The translations under genes were made by a program, and so were the position numbers. This document shows, in pieces, positions 9,559 through 20,191 of a DNA stretch of 64,000 nucleotides. The notes below the pieces were generated by a model. That model made no database searches. It was given only the letters and a program-made list of their open reading frames with translations, and was not told the DNA's origin. The stretch's first letter is position 1. Each line of letters begins with the position of its first letter. The stretch spans positions 1 through 64,000 of the forward strand of contig OY761556.1 in the NCBI GenBank assembly GCA_963664705.1, written 5' to 3'. The stretch comes from Acidobacteriota bacterium (GTDB lineage: Bacteria > Acidobacteriota > UBA6911).

Positions 9559-9636
9559 ACTGCGGTCTGCCGCTCCCAATACGACGATAGGCATACTCCT
9601 TGCATTTCCCTAATCAGCATTGATGGAAGGAGAGCC

Positions 9637-10395
9637 ATGTCACGAGAGAAAACAAGAACCTCCAACATACTGGCCGCGGTTGCAATCGGCGCCAGTTGCA
9701 TGTATCTCATGGATCCGGTAAACGGGAAACGCCGGCGTACGCGTGTGCGAGACAAATTCGCCCGGCTGTCCCATGCGGTAGAGGATGGAGCTGAAACCGC
9801 AGTCAGGGATCTGACCAACAGGATTTGGGGCTTTGCCGCTACGGCTATTCGTTCGCTCCACCATGTGACGAACGATGATGCCGTGCTTGAGCCCAGGGTT
9901 CGATCGGAGATGGGACGGTGGGTCTCGTCCCCGCATTCCATTCATGTCGAAGCCAGGAATGGGCACGTTATTCTGTCTGGCGATATCCTTGCTTCCGAGC
10001 AGAAAAGTCTGCTCCGACACCTGGTTCATATTCCGGGAGTGACGAAAGTCGAAAGTCAAATGCGGGTACATGAGGGCGGGGAAGAATTCCCCGTTCGGCA
10101 AAACGGCAGCCGGGGAGAAGGGCGTCAAGAGCACTGGGCTCCCGGGCACCGGTTGCTGGCGGCGGTTACCGGTTCGGCGATGATTGGCGGCGGCCTGCGA
10201 GATCGCGGGATTGCCGGCTGGGGTACCGTGATCGGCGGGTCGATCCTGATGGCCCGCGCGATAACGAATTCAGGGATGATGCGTCTGCTGGGGATCGATA
10301 CGGAAATCCGGAAAGAGGAAAAGCCAAAACCCGCAGAGTCCGGGGTGTCCATCCCAATTACCCGAAAAGAGCCGCGGGCGTACCGTGTGCACTAG
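9637..10395 (+). CDS. BON-domain protein
   Basis: YLMDPVNGKRRR; DDAVLEPRVRS...IHVEARNGHVILSG...IPGVTKVESQM; GGAG RBS. Confidence 0.8.
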   Translation: MSREKTRTSNILAAVAIGASCMYLMDPVNGKRRRTRVRDKFARLSHAVEDGAETAVRDLTNRIWGFAATAIRSLHHVTNDDAVLEPRVRSEMGRWVSSPHSIHVEARNGHVILSGDILASEQKSLLRHLVHIPGVTKVESQMRVHEGGEEFPVRQNGSRGEGRQEHWAPGHRLLAAVTGSAMIGGGLRDRGIAGWGTVIGGSILMARAITNSGMMRLLGIDTEIRKEEKPKPAESGVSIPITRKEPRAYRVH

Positions 10396-10396
10396 G

Positions 10397-10465
10397 ACCG
10401 GGCTGGCTCAAGGACCCAAAGACTCGAGATTGGGTCGAGCTTTGGGTCCTTGAGGCCGTCCCGGT
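10397..10465. terminator. Long hairpin between convergent genes (probable bidirectional terminator or repeat)
   Basis: ctcaaggacccaaag...ctttgggtccttgag inverted repeat. Confidence 0.65.
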
Positions 10466-10469
10466 ACGC

Positions 10470-13400
10470 TCATTTGGCGATTTGCAGCAGGGCCCCTGAG
10501 CTGTAGCCTGCAAATTCAGGGGCATACATCGGCTGAATGGTTGCCGGTGCCACTTTGAAGGTTCCGGCCGTTGTGGCGCGGATCCGATATTTGAATGTAT
10601 ATTCACCCTGGGGCAGGCGCTCAAAGAAGAAGTTTGTGCCTGAATCCCTGATTTCTTCGTACCACGAAATTCCCAGGTCCCATTTATGTCGGGACAAATT
10701 TGACGTCGGTTCAAAGCCGGCACCCCGCGGATCGCGCAGGTGCACATATTCCATGGGGTGCTTGCTTGTGATGGAGAGGTGAACTTCCACTTCATCCCCG
10801 GTTTCCAGGCTGATGTTTTTGGTGATCGGCTGCAGAACAAACTCCCGCCCCGTGTTGACGCGTTTGTAGTAGCTGCGTGACAGTAGCAGATAGTCGCCGC
10901 GCGCCTCTTCCGGCAACTGCTCGGTGGAGAAATGCCATGTTGCCGACGCAAACATGTAACCCTTGCCTGTCTTTTCAATTGAAATGGAGGCAGCGGTCGC
11001 CGGATCCATTTTTTCTCCGGGGATAATCACCTGATTTTTCTTGCCGGTGTATTGATCCGGTTCGAAAACAAAGCTTGTCCTCTGATTGCCCACCGTGACG
11101 GTCGCTCCTTCGCGCACTGCAAGCTGCTCGGTCTTTTTAAGATAATGAGCAAGCGAATAGATTACCTCGGCCGTGGCACGCGTCGATTTCCAGTGATTCA
11201 ATTTCTTGTTGAGGAAAATCCACAGAACCATCCCGTCAAGCTTCGGGTCATCCGGAATAAGCTCCATGTCGGCGCGGATGGCAGAGGCGTGGCTTTCGAT
11301 TGTGTCGTTGTACCACAGCCATCCACGGTCTTCGGGCGCCCAGAATGTCCCCTGGTCTTCGGCGGTCTTGGCGGAGTCCAGTACGCTGGACCATACGAGC
11401 ATGGCATCTTTGGGACGATCCATGCGCTTCAGAGTAAGGGACAGATACCCTTTCAGATAGGGGCTGTGCTCCTTCCAGTGTTTAAAGCTGAAATCGAGCA
11501 TGGTCTTGCGCTCGGCCGGCGTGAAGGTACCTTCATACCATTTGCCGTCTGGATAGTTGGAGAGAACGTAGTTGATGAAGGTAATGAACTCCCATCCGCT
11601 GTCATGAGACATCATGTCTCTGACAATTTCGTCGATGTAATGGCGATGCAGGTAAGCCCAGGCAGGCTGAATCATCTCGCGCGGGACGTCAACCCCGAAT
11701 TCGAGCGCTTTCGAAAAGCCGTGCAGCAGATAGAGTGTGATATAGGGGGAGGGAGGGCCGCCCGCAAACCACGGGAATCCGCCGCTGGACGTCTGCATTT
11801 GCTTGAGTTTGGCAAGGGCAGATTCCCGTTGTGCTTTCGCAATACGTGAATCGAGAACATTGAGCAGATCGGAAGTATTGGCTTCGCCCCCCTTTGCCAT
11901 CTGCAGCCATGGAGTTTCTTCCAGCGCCATTTTGCGATTGGGGTCTGCGGCATCCCACTGTTCGAATTGGGTCTGTCGCGCAGAAAACTCCTTGGCCATC
12001 CGTTCAACCGCGGGATACTGTCGGTAGAGAGAAGAGAGAATTCCGGTCGAGACAAAGCGGTTCAGCGTCTGCTCGGTGCATTCATACGGATAATTCACAA
12101 GGTAGGGAAGGGCAGACAGCACAGAATAAAAAAGCTGCGCGTCGAGTGTGACAACCATTTGTTCGTTGATTCGCGTCGGATCATTGTTGCGCGCCAGGTC
12201 GTCGAACCGGAGAATACGTTTGGAATCGTCCTTAAGTGTGACAAAGCGCGATTGCATCAGATGCATGCGCCCTGGAAGAATCGGAATGGGTCTCAGTTCT
12301 CCATCGGAGAAGTCGCCGGATACCGCCGTGACTTTGAATGCAATCTGGCCTACTTTCGACGGCGTTACAATGGGAAAACTGAGATTGGTACCCCCGCCCG
12401 CCGGAACCAGAAACGCTTTTCCCTCTGCATCGGATCTCGCCAGGCCAAACTGGGATAGAACGCTCTGCTCGGTATCGGTGTCGATGATGTCGAACTTCAG
12501 GGCTCCTTTCAGCTCTCGCTCCGATGCATTATTGACCACCACCTTTATCTCAGCCCGATCTCCTTCGCGCAGGAATCGAGGCAGATATGGCCTCACCATC
12601 AGATCCTTGACTGTTTGTACCTGCCGGGAGATCGCGCCGGCCTTCAGGTCGCGCGTGATGGCATGAACCCAGACATTCCATGATGTCACTGAATCGGGGA
12701 CTTTGAATTCAAAGGTTACCGTCCCGTCCGCATCGTTCAGGAGATGAGGATACCAGAAGGCTGTCTCTTTGAATTCAGTGCGGAGTTCTGCCGGCTGTGA
12801 CTGTGGCTGCGGCGTGTCCTTTTTATCCATCTCCGCCTTCTTTTCCATCGGCGCGGCGGCTGGCATGGGCGGAGGGGCGGCCATGACTGCCTGATCCATT
12901 GCCATGGATGCGCTGAGTGTTTCCAATACGCGGCCTCCGACAGCTCGAGCTCTCATCCCGGGTCCGCCGATTCCATATCCGCTGAGGAATTGCAGCGCAT
13001 CCTTCCTGAGAGACGGGATTCCCGGACCTGATTGGAATCCACGGCTATCCATCCACAGTTGTTGCGCTTCCCGAAGGTTGGCTCGCGCGGGAATCAGGCC
13101 GGCCCGGTATGGATACAAGCCCAACGGATTGAATGGAGTGTGGGGCGCAAAAACATCCAGGCTCCGGTCGTACATATACGCCAATAGTTCTGCCGAGGGG
13201 ATTGAGACATCTTTTCCTTTGGGACCCGATACCTTGACCCGCCAGGTTTCCTGCTGTCCCGGCCGAAGCTTGTCTCGGAAGGTGGAAAACTCCAGTCTCA
13301 ATTCCTTGTTGTCCCATGGGACCATCAATGCAGACTGAAGCTGGATGAACTGGTCATCGCGCACCAGCGTCATGCTGATCCCAAGTCCACCGCGATCTTT

Positions 13401-16400
13401 TTCCGTAATGGGAATCTCAATAATCGATGGACTCTCCCCGGAATATATTTCTCTGCGCTGAATGCTCTTGCCATCGCGAACCACTTCAAAAACGATGAGC
13501 TGGTCCTTCATCCCGGAATGGACCAGGATTCGCGCTTTTTCGCCAACTCCAACGGATATCTTTTCGGGCATGAACACAGCGGGAATCGGAAGCCGGAAGG
13601 ACGCGGCGCCCACGATGAAGTTTTTCTTCAGTTGGTAGGTTGTGCCGAAATCATCGGTGGTTTCATAGGTCAGCCGGTATGCGCCCGGTTCCAGGTGCGG
13701 AACCGAGATTTTTCCTTCGCCCCGATCATTGTGGGCAACAGATCCCGAGGATTGGGTTGTGCCGGCTGTCCAGGTTGCCAGGACCGCTTCAGGATTGTAG
13801 TCCGGATTCCATCGTGCTCGCTCTTCATCTCCCGGGGTATTGTATTGGGTCTTCCCCTTGAACTCTTCAGGGACGAATAAAGGTTGTTCGGCCGGAAGCA
13901 GCGTTTTTTCCGGTCCCCTCAATTCGGCAATATGCCACGTCCCTTTTCCCGCTTTGGGGCTTCCATCCAGGCTGGTGCGCAGCACGTTGATGGCGACCGG
14001 TTCATTTTTCATGAAAAAGGCTTTTTCGAGAATTGCGGTGGCTTCCACGGAAACAAAGCCGAGCCGGAACGATCTCTCGGCGGAGCGGGTCTCGCCTCCT
14101 TCATCCGTGATGTCTGCAGAAACCGAATATCTGTAGGTAACATCCTTGCTCTTCCCGAGCCGCTCATCCGCTGCGGGTGAAAAGGCAAATGAGAATATTC
14201 CGTCCTGCTGAAGGTCGGCTCGCCCCGTGGCCACGGTCTGCGAACCTGAAGCGCCGTGTGCGGCAAATCCGCCCCACCGGAAATAGCTCCACCAGTACGG
14301 GAACACCGGCTCCCTTTTGACCATCCACTTGACTTGACCACTTGTGACCGGCAACCCGAAGTAATATTTTGCTTCTCCCTTTATTCTGGCGGGCTTGTTG
14401 AGGCGAAGCGGTTCGGTGGGATCCAGTATTTTGACTTCGTAGGTGGGCCGTTTGTATTCTTCCACTTGAATGGAAGCCTGGCCGTTTCTGGAGCTTTCCA
14501 GCCGCCAGTGCCCGAGCGCCCGGCCGCCCGGAATGGTGAATTCGCCGGAAGCCGTTCCGAAGCTGTTTGTGGTCACTGTTTTTGAGTCGACCACCTGGTT
14601 GTTCAAATCGCGCAGATAAATAGTCAGGGTGGCAGCCGGTGTCGTCTCAAAGCGGATCCCATCCGCCTTGCGGATATAGGCTACCGTTTTCCAATGCAGC
14701 GTCTGCAGCGGGCGATAGATGCTGCGGTCCGTGAAGAGAAGCGTGGCTGCCGTGTCCGATGGAGCGTACTCCTCGCTCAGATGGAAGGGTTGAGGATCAA
14801 AGGCGAGTTCGCTGCCGTTTGAGGCAATCACCACCTGCGGATAACTGATTCCAGTCTCTCTGTGGAACCGCACCATTCCGCGGCTATCGGTTATGGCGGA
14901 TTGCGCTTTCTGGTGTTTTCTCTGGCTCCAGTCCAGTCGATAAAGCATTACCTCCGTACCGGGAACCGGTTTTCCTGAAGAGCCGGATAGGACGGTGATT
15001 TCCGCCTCCGAAACCTGCTGCCTTGTGACAAGAACGAGATCTCCGACAGACATATAGAGTCCGTGCAGCTCGTTGTCTTCTTTTCGAAATCCAGGGCGAC
15101 CGGAAGAAGTAATCAGGTAGACGCCCCGATTCCTGATGGGCGGAATGACATAGGTTTTGTGCATCCGAAAATCAGGCGTCGCTGCAAGCGGAACTTCCCA
15201 TTGATAGGCTGGAGAAGTTTTTGTCGCCAGGGTTTCCAGTTCATGATCGGAAGGCAGCAGATTGTAGTCGTCGGATGTTTCGATCGTCTTCAAAAGGTCG
15301 ATCGGATATGCGCGAAAGTAGACTCTCTCCAGGTTTTTATGTTCGATGAGCAGTGATGTTTTTAGTGGGTTGTCATTTTGCATCCCATTCATCGAGTAAT
15401 CGGGCGCTTCTATGGACTTCTGAATAGCGAGGCAATGCCTGCCACCATGGGAATCCGGGAAAGCCGTTTGCCCCTTGATGGCAATCTGGCGCGCCCGGAT
15501 GAGTGAGTCCGCCTCCTCCTGACTGCGGATAAATTCGGAAAGCTGGGCCATGCCTTCGGACCACCACGGGACGCTGGTGTAGGATTTCAGTTCTTTGACG
15601 AGGGCATCCTGAATGGCTTGCCTGTCTTCAGCCTGCGTAAAATTCTGATGCAGTTGCCGGAAGGTTTCGAGCCTAGTTTCCAGCCGCGCTTCCATTTCTT
15701 TTCGCTGCGCATGCCAGTTGCCAAGATCCGCAAGGATGTAGCATATCTTTTCCAAAGGATGCCGTGATGGATCGACCAGGGAGACGTCTCCAACGGGTCC
15801 ACTGAGGAGATCCCCAAGGTTGAGACGATAAAGCTCATTCAGTTGCTCCGGCCGCCATCCGTTTGTGTCGGCGAGCATTTCCACGCGCATATAGGAAACG
15901 GCGTCCCGCATGGTTGGCCGAACCCCGGCCGGGTAATTGTTGGGAAGGACAAACTCCTTCCATTTGTCCGCGGGCAAGTCGCCAAGCTGATGGCGTTCTT
16001 TCCAGATAATTTCAAAAGCCTTCTGCGCTTCCTCATAAATCTGATCGCGCGTCCACGCCTTCAAATCGACGGTTTCCCGCGACTCGGTTTTTTCCCGACG
16101 GTTGATCTCCCAGGAATAGCTACGGGCGTAGGTAGTCAGAGTATTGGCATAAAACAGATTGAGCAGGGATGTACTCGCGGGATCGGAAGGCCAGGGCTGC
16201 TCTTTGAGAAAGCGTACGGCGGTTTCGTAGCCGTGCAGAGAAATGCGCAACTGGGTATACCGGATCAGGCATCGAGTCCACTCGCTGTCGTTTTTTTCAC
16301 TTCGCGCCTTGGTGAGCATCTTTTCCAGGAGCGTTGAAGCGGCTTCGTATTTCTGTTCTCCCATCAATGAATCAGACAGGCGCCATCCATCCGCGAAATT

Positions 16401-16547
16401 GCCATTCCAGTCGGAGGCGTTTGGTTTTGCTGCCGCCGGATTGGAACTTTTCGGCTTTGACTGAAAACTCAAGGAGATGGCAATCCCCAGACCGAGCATG
16501 AAAAAAAGAAACAGCAGGAGCGTGGTTTTGTATTGGCTTTTGGTCAT
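10470..16547 (-). CDS. Bacterial alpha-2-macroglobulin family protein
   Basis: 2025 aa; TDRSIYRP, VEEYKRP, LRTEFKETAFW, thioester motif YPYECTEQ, C-terminal MYAPEF. Confidence 0.93.
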   Translation of the reverse strand: MTKSQYKTTLLLFLFFMLGLGIAISLSFQSKPKSSNPAAAKPNASDWNGNFADGWRLSDSLMGEQKYEAASTLLEKMLTKARSEKNDSEWTRCLIRYTQLRISLHGYETAVRFLKEQPWPSDPASTSLLNLFYANTLTTYARSYSWEINRREKTESRETVDLKAWTRDQIYEEAQKAFEIIWKERHQLGDLPADKWKEFVLPNNYPAGVRPTMRDAVSYMRVEMLADTNGWRPEQLNELYRLNLGDLLSGPVGDVSLVDPSRHPLEKICYILADLGNWHAQRKEMEARLETRLETFRQLHQNFTQAEDRQAIQDALVKELKSYTSVPWWSEGMAQLSEFIRSQEEADSLIRARQIAIKGQTAFPDSHGGRHCLAIQKSIEAPDYSMNGMQNDNPLKTSLLIEHKNLERVYFRAYPIDLLKTIETSDDYNLLPSDHELETLATKTSPAYQWEVPLAATPDFRMHKTYVIPPIRNRGVYLITSSGRPGFRKEDNELHGLYMSVGDLVLVTRQQVSEAEITVLSGSSGKPVPGTEVMLYRLDWSQRKHQKAQSAITDSRGMVRFHRETGISYPQVVIASNGSELAFDPQPFHLSEEYAPSDTAATLLFTDRSIYRPLQTLHWKTVAYIRKADGIRFETTPAATLTIYLRDLNNQVVDSKTVTTNSFGTASGEFTIPGGRALGHWRLESSRNGQASIQVEEYKRPTYEVKILDPTEPLRLNKPARIKGEAKYYFGLPVTSGQVKWMVKREPVFPYWWSYFRWGGFAAHGASGSQTVATGRADLQQDGIFSFAFSPAADERLGKSKDVTYRYSVSADITDEGGETRSAERSFRLGFVSVEATAILEKAFFMKNEPVAINVLRTSLDGSPKAGKGTWHIAELRGPEKTLLPAEQPLFVPEEFKGKTQYNTPGDEERARWNPDYNPEAVLATWTAGTTQSSGSVAHNDRGEGKISVPHLEPGAYRLTYETTDDFGTTYQLKKNFIVGAASFRLPIPAVFMPEKISVGVGEKARILVHSGMKDQLIVFEVVRDGKSIQRREIYSGESPSIIEIPITEKDRGGLGISMTLVRDDQFIQLQSALMVPWDNKELRLEFSTFRDKLRPGQQETWRVKVSGPKGKDVSIPSAELLAYMYDRSLDVFAPHTPFNPLGLYPYRAGLIPARANLREAQQLWMDSRGFQSGPGIPSLRKDALQFLSGYGIGGPGMRARAVGGRVLETLSASMAMDQAVMAAPPPMPAAAPMEKKAEMDKKDTPQPQSQPAELRTEFKETAFWYPHLLNDADGTVTFEFKVPDSVTSWNVWVHAITRDLKAGAISRQVQTVKDLMVRPYLPRFLREGDRAEIKVVVNNASERELKGALKFDIIDTDTEQSVLSQFGLARSDAEGKAFLVPAGGGTNLSFPIVTPSKVGQIAFKVTAVSGDFSDGELRPIPILPGRMHLMQSRFVTLKDDSKRILRFDDLARNNDPTRINEQMVVTLDAQLFYSVLSALPYLVNYPYECTEQTLNRFVSTGILSSLYRQYPAVERMAKEFSARQTQFEQWDAADPNRKMALEETPWLQMAKGGEANTSDLLNVLDSRIAKAQRESALAKLKQMQTSSGGFPWFAGGPPSPYITLYLLHGFSKALEFGVDVPREMIQPAWAYLHRHYIDEIVRDMMSHDSGWEFITFINYVLSNYPDGKWYEGTFTPAERKTMLDFSFKHWKEHSPYLKGYLSLTLKRMDRPKDAMLVWSSVLDSAKTAEDQGTFWAPEDRGWLWYNDTIESHASAIRADMELIPDDPKLDGMVLWIFLNKKLNHWKSTRATAEVIYSLAHYLKKTEQLAVREGATVTVGNQRTSFVFEPDQYTGKKNQVIIPGEKMDPATAASISIEKTGKGYMFASATWHFSTEQLPEEARGDYLLLSRSYYKRVNTGREFVLQPITKNISLETGDEVEVHLSITSKHPMEYVHLRDPRGAGFEPTSNLSRHKWDLGISWYEEIRDSGTNFFFERLPQGEYTFKYRIRATTAGTFKVAPATIQPMYAPEFAGYSSGALLQIAK

Positions 16548-16741
16548 AGCAAACAGCCTCCGGAATACCCTTTGGTTGTATCTCTCTAGGTATTAGACGC
16601 CGCAATTCCCATTTCTCGCAGGAAATTTTGCCTTAAATGCGAGGAGAGCGGAAGAATCCGGAATTTGCAATCTGGAATTCTTGAGTTTGAGAGGAAACGA
16701 GCTTAAAGTGAAGAGCGTTATCATGGCCCGGCGATGAAACG

Positions 16742-18829
16742 ATGCCCATAGTCCGACTGATCCTCCAGAATGGTCGCGCACCAGTACGGGACAACCCGTC
16801 TGCCCGGCTTACATTTACAAATCTTGGCGCCGGCTATTTCCCTACGCGCGGTTTACCTCTTTCCATCGTTGTCCATATTATTGCCTTTATTATTACCTAT
16901 TTTTTTGCTTCCTTCCCGGTTGCGCCGCCGAAACAGAATCATCCCCGGCCGAACATTGTCATGATTGATCTCAATGATCCTATGTCGATGATGTATCTTC
17001 CGATGTTTGAAGGGGGGAGGCCGGAGGCAAGCCGCGGACGGCGCATCATCGACAGGATTCTCAGGCCCAGTCGTCGTGAGCAGGCAAGTGAACCGGTGGC
17101 GGAGCCCTCGGCGACAACGCAGGGATTCAGCTATCCTGGGCCTCAGACTATCGTTTCGGATGTGCCGGAGCCAACCAATCGATTCCAAACCCTTCTACAG
17201 CCGGGCCTCGAAAATCCGCCCGTACTACCGCCGCCCATCACGCTTCCAAATATTATGCAGGTTGCGGATGCCAGCAAGGCTAACCGGATGGAGGTGCCGC
17301 CGGATGATCCGCCGGAACCCGAACCGACACCACAGCCGGAGCAAAAGGCTATTTCGGAGCCGGTAAAGCCTGAACCGAAGCCGGAGCCCAAGCCGGCGCC
17401 TAAGGCGGTGGAAACGCCGAAGCCAACACCTCCGCCAGCTCCGACGCCGAAGCCGGAACCAAAGCCACCGGAACCTGCGCCCAAGCTGGCAGATTTGTTG
17501 AAGCCGGAGCCAAAGCCGCCGGAACCCGCGCCCATTCCCGCGGAGCTACCAAAGCCGGCTCCGAAACCTCCAGTCACCGAGGCAAAGGTTGTAGAGGTAC
17601 CAAAGCCACAGCCAAAGCCTCCCGAGTCTACGGCCAAGGCTGCAGAAGCTCCAAAAACGGAGCCGAAGCCTTCTGCTCCTGCCGTAAAGCCTGCTGAGAC
17701 GATAAGGCAGGAGGTAAAGCCACCCGAATCGGCAAAGAAAACAGAAGCGCCAAAACCGGAACCTAAACCGGAGTCGAAACCTGCACAGACACAGCCTCCG
17801 GCCTCTTCCGCGTCCGCCGAGCCGTCTGCAGACAATCCGTCGGGGACATCGGAAATAAACGGAACGCCGGGTTCAACTCGAGATATCCTGGCTATCAGCC
17901 CCATGCCGGCAAATCCGAACCAGCCGGCCAAGATCCCTGCCGGTGAGGCACGGGGACGATTCATTATTTCTCCCCAGGCAAATCTCAGCGGATCAGATTC
18001 AGAGCCGGGGGTGAAAACCGGGACACCTTCGCCGGAAATCGGAATTGGTAATAGCAAGGATGCTCCCGCAAAAAGGTCGGTAGCGCCCAAATTGGCGCCC
18101 CCGACTGCGTCGAAGAAAGAGCCCGGGCAGGGGAGCGCAGTTCCTAAATCCAAAACCACTTCTGAAGCGACCAATGCTGCGGCCGGCGCGACCCGTGGAT
18201 CAGGCAACGGATCGGCGTCGGGATCAGGGAGCGGAGCCAAAACGACGTCCGCTCCGGTCAAGAAGCCGTTTGCCGGCATTACAATAATGGGCGGCGAGTT
18301 CGAGCCGGGCAGTGATTCGGATGCGCCGCCGGTGACTCAGGCGGTACGGCCTTTGCAGACTGCGTATGGATTGAGCGTTATTTCTACCGAAGACAGCGGT
18401 GGCGGGCTTCCATTCTATGGCGTCTTTTCCCATGAACAGATCTACACGGTTTATCTCGATATGAGAACGGTCGAGACCGATCAGGATCCTTCCTGGACTT
18501 TGGAATTCGCGGTGAACTCTGATTCGTCCTCGACCACAGCAGGACGCGATCAGCAGGGACTGGTGCTTCCATTTCCATCCGTAAAAGAACGGCCGGCGTG
18601 GCCGCCTGCGGTAGCCCGCAAATATCACGGGCGAATGATGATCGTATATGGGGTTGTCAGCACCGCGGGGAAAATGGAGCAGATATCGGTGAAAGAAAGC
18701 CCGGACCCTCAACTCAATGAGCCGATAATCCGGGCTTTAAGCAAGTGGATTTTCCGTCCCGCTACACTTTTGGGCCAGACGGTTACAGCCAAAGCACTCC
18801 TTGGGATTCCAATCTGGTCCCCGGAATAA
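16742..18829 (+). CDS. TonB-like protein: N-terminal TM, very long Pro/Lys/Glu-rich linker, TonB_C-like end
   Basis: SIVVH TM motif, KPEPKP repeats, C-terminal ALSKWIFRPA. Confidence 0.7.
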   Translation: MPIVRLILQNGRAPVRDNPSARLTFTNLGAGYFPTRGLPLSIVVHIIAFIITYFFASFPVAPPKQNHPRPNIVMIDLNDPMSMMYLPMFEGGRPEASRGRRIIDRILRPSRREQASEPVAEPSATTQGFSYPGPQTIVSDVPEPTNRFQTLLQPGLENPPVLPPPITLPNIMQVADASKANRMEVPPDDPPEPEPTPQPEQKAISEPVKPEPKPEPKPAPKAVETPKPTPPPAPTPKPEPKPPEPAPKLADLLKPEPKPPEPAPIPAELPKPAPKPPVTEAKVVEVPKPQPKPPESTAKAAEAPKTEPKPSAPAVKPAETIRQEVKPPESAKKTEAPKPEPKPESKPAQTQPPASSASAEPSADNPSGTSEINGTPGSTRDILAISPMPANPNQPAKIPAGEARGRFIISPQANLSGSDSEPGVKTGTPSPEIGIGNSKDAPAKRSVAPKLAPPTASKKEPGQGSAVPKSKTTSEATNAAAGATRGSGNGSASGSGSGAKTTSAPVKKPFAGITIMGGEFEPGSDSDAPPVTQAVRPLQTAYGLSVISTEDSGGGLPFYGVFSHEQIYTVYLDMRTVETDQDPSWTLEFAVNSDSSSTTAGRDQQGLVLPFPSVKERPAWPPAVARKYHGRMMIVYGVVSTAGKMEQISVKESPDPQLNEPIIRALSKWIFRPATLLGQTVTAKALLGIPIWSPE

Positions 18830-18835
18830 TCCTTT

Positions 18836-20167
18836 CTATTTGTAAATGCCGTATTCTTTGGAGAAGTCGATCATTGCTTTGACCGTTTCTTCTTTGGCAT
18901 CGTCCAATTGCGTGCCTGAGCACAGAATATATCCGCCGCCTTTCCCGCAATAATCGATCAGATCCTTGCAGCAGACCTTTACCTGTTCGGGCGTTCCCGT
19001 GGCTATCATGGTAATGGGTACGTTTCCCATGATCGGGCTGTGCCCGCCCAGTACGTCTTTCGCTTTGTGCATATCCGTTCTGTCGAAGAACCAAAGTACA
19101 GACTGCTCCGGCAATTCGGTCAGATAGGGCAATCGCTGGGTATATACGCCTTCAGCGAACGGAGCAGGAATAAGCCCTTCGTTGATCATGTTCAGCAGGA
19201 GCTGTTTGAATGTAGGCCAGTAGAATTTTTCAAAGTGCTTCAGCGATATATGACTGTCGTCCCCTTTGTGCAACGGCATCATAATCAGAGGCGGAGCGCC
19301 CAGTGGCAAATCCGGGATCTGGGTGAGTTCCAGGATTTTGTCGCATGCTTTGAGTACATTGTCCGGGCAACGGAACAGATCGGTAAGGATGCCCTTCGTG
19401 CCGCGGAGCGTATCGCCCAGCACGTCGAAGGGAGCAGCGCCGAATCCCATGAACAGGCTGGGGTAGCCCATGGCCATCAGACGCTTTGAGGTTTCCATCG
19501 TCACGCGCGCCGGAGTCAGGGACATTTCTGCCGCTTTTTTCAGTATGCTCAGGGCTTCCTGCACTTCCGGGTCCATGAAAGGATGAATGCATCTGCCGCC
19601 AATCTGAATTCCATCCGCGCCGAACCACGGCATCTTCTGCAAGCCGGACAGAGAGCTGTACATTCGAGGCAGGAATCGCCGCAGCACGAAGTCTGAGGGA
19701 TCCCGAAGGAAGTTCGTATATTCCTCCATCTTCATATATTCCTGCTCGACGTATTGGTACTGCACATCATCGGGAAGGCCATACCCTGCCCATTTCATGT
19801 TGGTCTGTCCGAGAAACTCCATGGAGGCGCCGGACATCATAAAGGTTGCTGTTGCGCTGTCCGGTTGAAAATCCTGTTGAAATTGCACAACCGCTTTGGC
19901 CGCCTCTTCCCAACGGTCGTACATGGTGGCTTTCTGCGGAATGGCCGCGCGGCGATAGATGAAGGCTCCGCCAAGTCCCGCGATCGGGACACGATCGGCG
20001 GTTTTCAGCTCCAATGCGGCTCTGAACCTTTTTGCCCGTTCATGGTATTTTGCTTTTGCATCAGGGCTTTCAAATAAAATGCCGTCCCCGCGAACCCATG
20101 CGTCCAACCTGAATTTCCTTTTTTCTTCCGGGGTCATCGAACTCCAGTTTGCCGGTTTTTCAACCAT
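18836..20167 (-). CDS. Uroporphyrinogen decarboxylase / MtaA-CmuA family protein (likely corrinoid-dependent methyltransferase-like)
   Basis: ADRVPI, FEKFYWPT, IMGNVP, GTPEQV, GGYIL. GAGGAG RBS 7 nt before the ATG at 20167. Confidence 0.85.
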   Translation of the reverse strand: MVEKPANWSSMTPEEKRKFRLDAWVRGDGILFESPDAKAKYHERAKRFRAALELKTADRVPIAGLGGAFIYRRAAIPQKATMYDRWEEAAKAVVQFQQDFQPDSATATFMMSGASMEFLGQTNMKWAGYGLPDDVQYQYVEQEYMKMEEYTNFLRDPSDFVLRRFLPRMYSSLSGLQKMPWFGADGIQIGGRCIHPFMDPEVQEALSILKKAAEMSLTPARVTMETSKRLMAMGYPSLFMGFGAAPFDVLGDTLRGTKGILTDLFRCPDNVLKACDKILELTQIPDLPLGAPPLIMMPLHKGDDSHISLKHFEKFYWPTFKQLLLNMINEGLIPAPFAEGVYTQRLPYLTELPEQSVLWFFDRTDMHKAKDVLGGHSPIMGNVPITMIATGTPEQVKVCCKDLIDYCGKGGGYILCSGTQLDDAKEETVKAMIDFSKEYGIYK

Positions 20168-20191
20168 ATCCATTCTCCTCTGCAAGGGTTA

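Noticed and set aside
17143-18279. 378-aa Gly/Phe-rich minus-strand ORF
   Set aside because: Antisense of the Pro/Lys-rich TonB-like linker.
18836-20167. Bona fide hemE of haem synthesis
   Set aside because: Longer than typical HemE, lacks the RQAGR motif, and no hem genes are nearby.
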